A stretch of 64,000 nt of DNA, taken from Chrysomallon squamiferum (taxonomy: Eukaryota > Animalia > Mollusca). The translations under genes and the position numbers were made by a program. The notes beneath the pieces are model-generated. The model was not told the DNA's origin, searched no databases, and saw only the letters and a program-made list of their open reading frames with translations. Location: positions 14,508,001 through 14,572,000 of the forward strand of contig CM022677.1 in the NCBI GenBank assembly GCA_012295275.1, read 5' to 3'. Positions within the stretch are counted from its first letter, which is position 1. Every line of letters begins with the position of its first letter. Shown in pieces: positions 62,101-64,000 of the stretch.

Positions 62101-62633
62101 ATTTATTCTTAGTGTATTGTTTCGGTCGAGATAAAAAATAAATACTTTAAAAAAAAAAATTTAATATTGATAATAATAATAAATTGATTTATTTATAATG
62201 TAATTACATGAGAAATCGCGAACTTTTCATAAAGCCACAGTTAACTATAAAATTATCGCTGTTTACACTGATAAAGTTACCCATCGATAACAAAATAAGA
62301 CGCAAGTTTTTAAACGTCTGTATTAGTTTTATGAAAATTAAAATTACATTAATTAGAGATTATCAGTTATATTATTGAATAAACATGGACTTTCATTCTA
62401 GATTAACTTACTTTTCTTAGTGTTTAAAAAAAATCTGATATATTCTTAATTACATAATTTGATAAATTTGAATTTTATATTAATCAAGTAATTTCATGTA
62501 GGGAGAGATGTAAATTGTGTCGCGGAATGTCATGTTACTGCGGTCATAAAACAAAGTATCACATTGTGACACTGAAAGGTGCACAATTAATTTTCAGTAA
62601 TATCAGTACAATAGTGAAAACATTCATCTAGCA

Positions 62634-63377
62634 CCGTGGTTCTCAACCTTTTTTTTGTCAACGGCACACCTTAGAACACATGAAAAAATAGCGGCACACC
62701 TGGCTAAATATATATGAAAAATATTTGAATTTTGTCAAGTCATAGACCCAGCCTAGTCATAGACACCTAGAATGACTCAAACTAAATAAAGAAAAACACA
62801 GCTATACTTCACTGCGGTGTTTCGAATTTCATCAGTCAAATAGCTGGCTTCTTTAGTGAGAAATTTGTGCCTGGCTTTTATTCATAATTTCCTCAATGTT
62901 TGGTCGAATATGAGACAGACAAACCCTCATTTCTGCTTTCGTTGTAGTAATCTCTCGTGCTTCATGTTTTCGATGTTGTCTAATTCACATATATAAGGAG
63001 TTGAAAATTGTAATAAAATTGCTAAAACTCTTTTACATAATATGGGATACATCTCTTGTACTGAAATCCAAAATGAATCAATGGGCAGAGTCGAATGTTT
63101 TAATTTTAAAGTCATTAGAAAGGGCGGCCAATTCTTCTTCTTCCTGTAACTCAAGTTCAATGTTGGAAGAATGATTTATGAAAGGATCTCTAATCCAATC
63201 ATACTTTTCTGTCTTTAATGACGGAAATGTATTGTTGATGCTTTCGTCCAGGGCTGTCAGATGAGTAAACACAATAGGGATCACTTCTCTAATGCAGGTA
63301 AAACGCAATAAAGGGAACTTATAAAGGTTGACAGTGATTGCTATTTTTTTTCCCAAATCACTGGTTGAGAATCACTG
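62634..63377 (-). mobile_element. hAT (Buster/Charlie, FAM200/ZBED8-like) deletion derivative with dimerisation-domain remnant
   Basis: TIR-like CCGTGGTTCTCAACC and GGTTGAGAATCACTG. Peptides YDWIRDPF..EEEELAALSND, DSFWISVQEMYPIL..LLQFSTPYICE and RVCLSHIRPNIEEIMNKSQAQISH*. Confidence 0.85.
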
Positions 63378-64000
63378 AATTAATGTTATACTAATCATGT
63401 TATAAGGCAGAATATTGATAAACATTACTTACACCTGAAAGTATTTGTGTGAACTGTTTAACAGATATAAATAGATTGACAAGATAAATATATGTAATTA
63501 TTTAAAATCATTTTACAAAAATCATTTTTAAAATCTCTAATAATGCTTGCAGGAGGCACTGGATTGGAAAATGGATGAAAAACAAATAAAAAATAAATAA
63601 AGAAATGCATAGCTTAATTTATGTTTGTTGTGTATGTGTGTTTTTGTATGCAAATGTGTGCACCAACACACACCAATGTAAACACACATCATGGATTCAT
63701 ATATATTTTATTTATACTCGTCAATATTCAGTCGATTTTCAGAAGCTTACCTCTATGCGTGCATGTGTATGTATGTGTATGCACGGATAGATAGATAGAT
63801 CAGATAGATCCTGAAGTCACTATCAGTAATTGCAATATATGATCACTAGATAAGTTTCTATATTTTCAGTCGGTAAACAAAAACAATATTACTTTTTTAA
63901 ATATTTAATTACCAGTTTAATCTTAAAAGCCCCTAGTGCTTGTACAAACTTCAGCCTGTTTACAGTAGCTCCATCCATATGCAGGACAGACAGTCGGTGT

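Larger units (their letters stand above)
51060..62633 (-). repeat. Segmental duplication unit, inverted copy B (interrupted by the Sola element)
   Basis: Long collinear reverse-complement matches to copy A and direct matches to copy C. Confidence 0.92.

Overview
AT-rich, microsatellite-laden invertebrate (animal) genomic DNA with spliceosomal introns; a degenerate TAACCC tract hints at a TTAGGG-telomere lineage. No intact, recognisable host gene. The window is a nested, roughly palindromic segmental-duplication cluster. A ~11 kb unit (CpG-retaining upstream region plus a decayed multi-exon gene) occurs as copy A (+, ~5.5-17 kb) and inverted copy B (~51-62.6 kb), with partial copies D (+, ~28-29.3 kb) and C (-, ~30.5-35.75 kb). 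Near the centre is an endogenous parvoviral element: a ~2.35 kb decayed capsid (VP) gene (35988-38340) with its own promoter. It is followed on the same strand by a second CRE/CCAAT/TATA promoter and an intact spliced 114-aa ORF. No NS1/helicase is visible, an unusual cap-first or permuted layout. Other content: an intron-containing Sola1-like DNA transposon with TIRs and AATT TSD, pogo-PHD, Ginger-like and hAT fragments, several minisatellites (two in coding-like frames), a duplicated housekeeping-type promoter/first exon and a decayed gene with a possible ubiquitin-like domain. All family calls come from motif recognition by eye; no searches were run.
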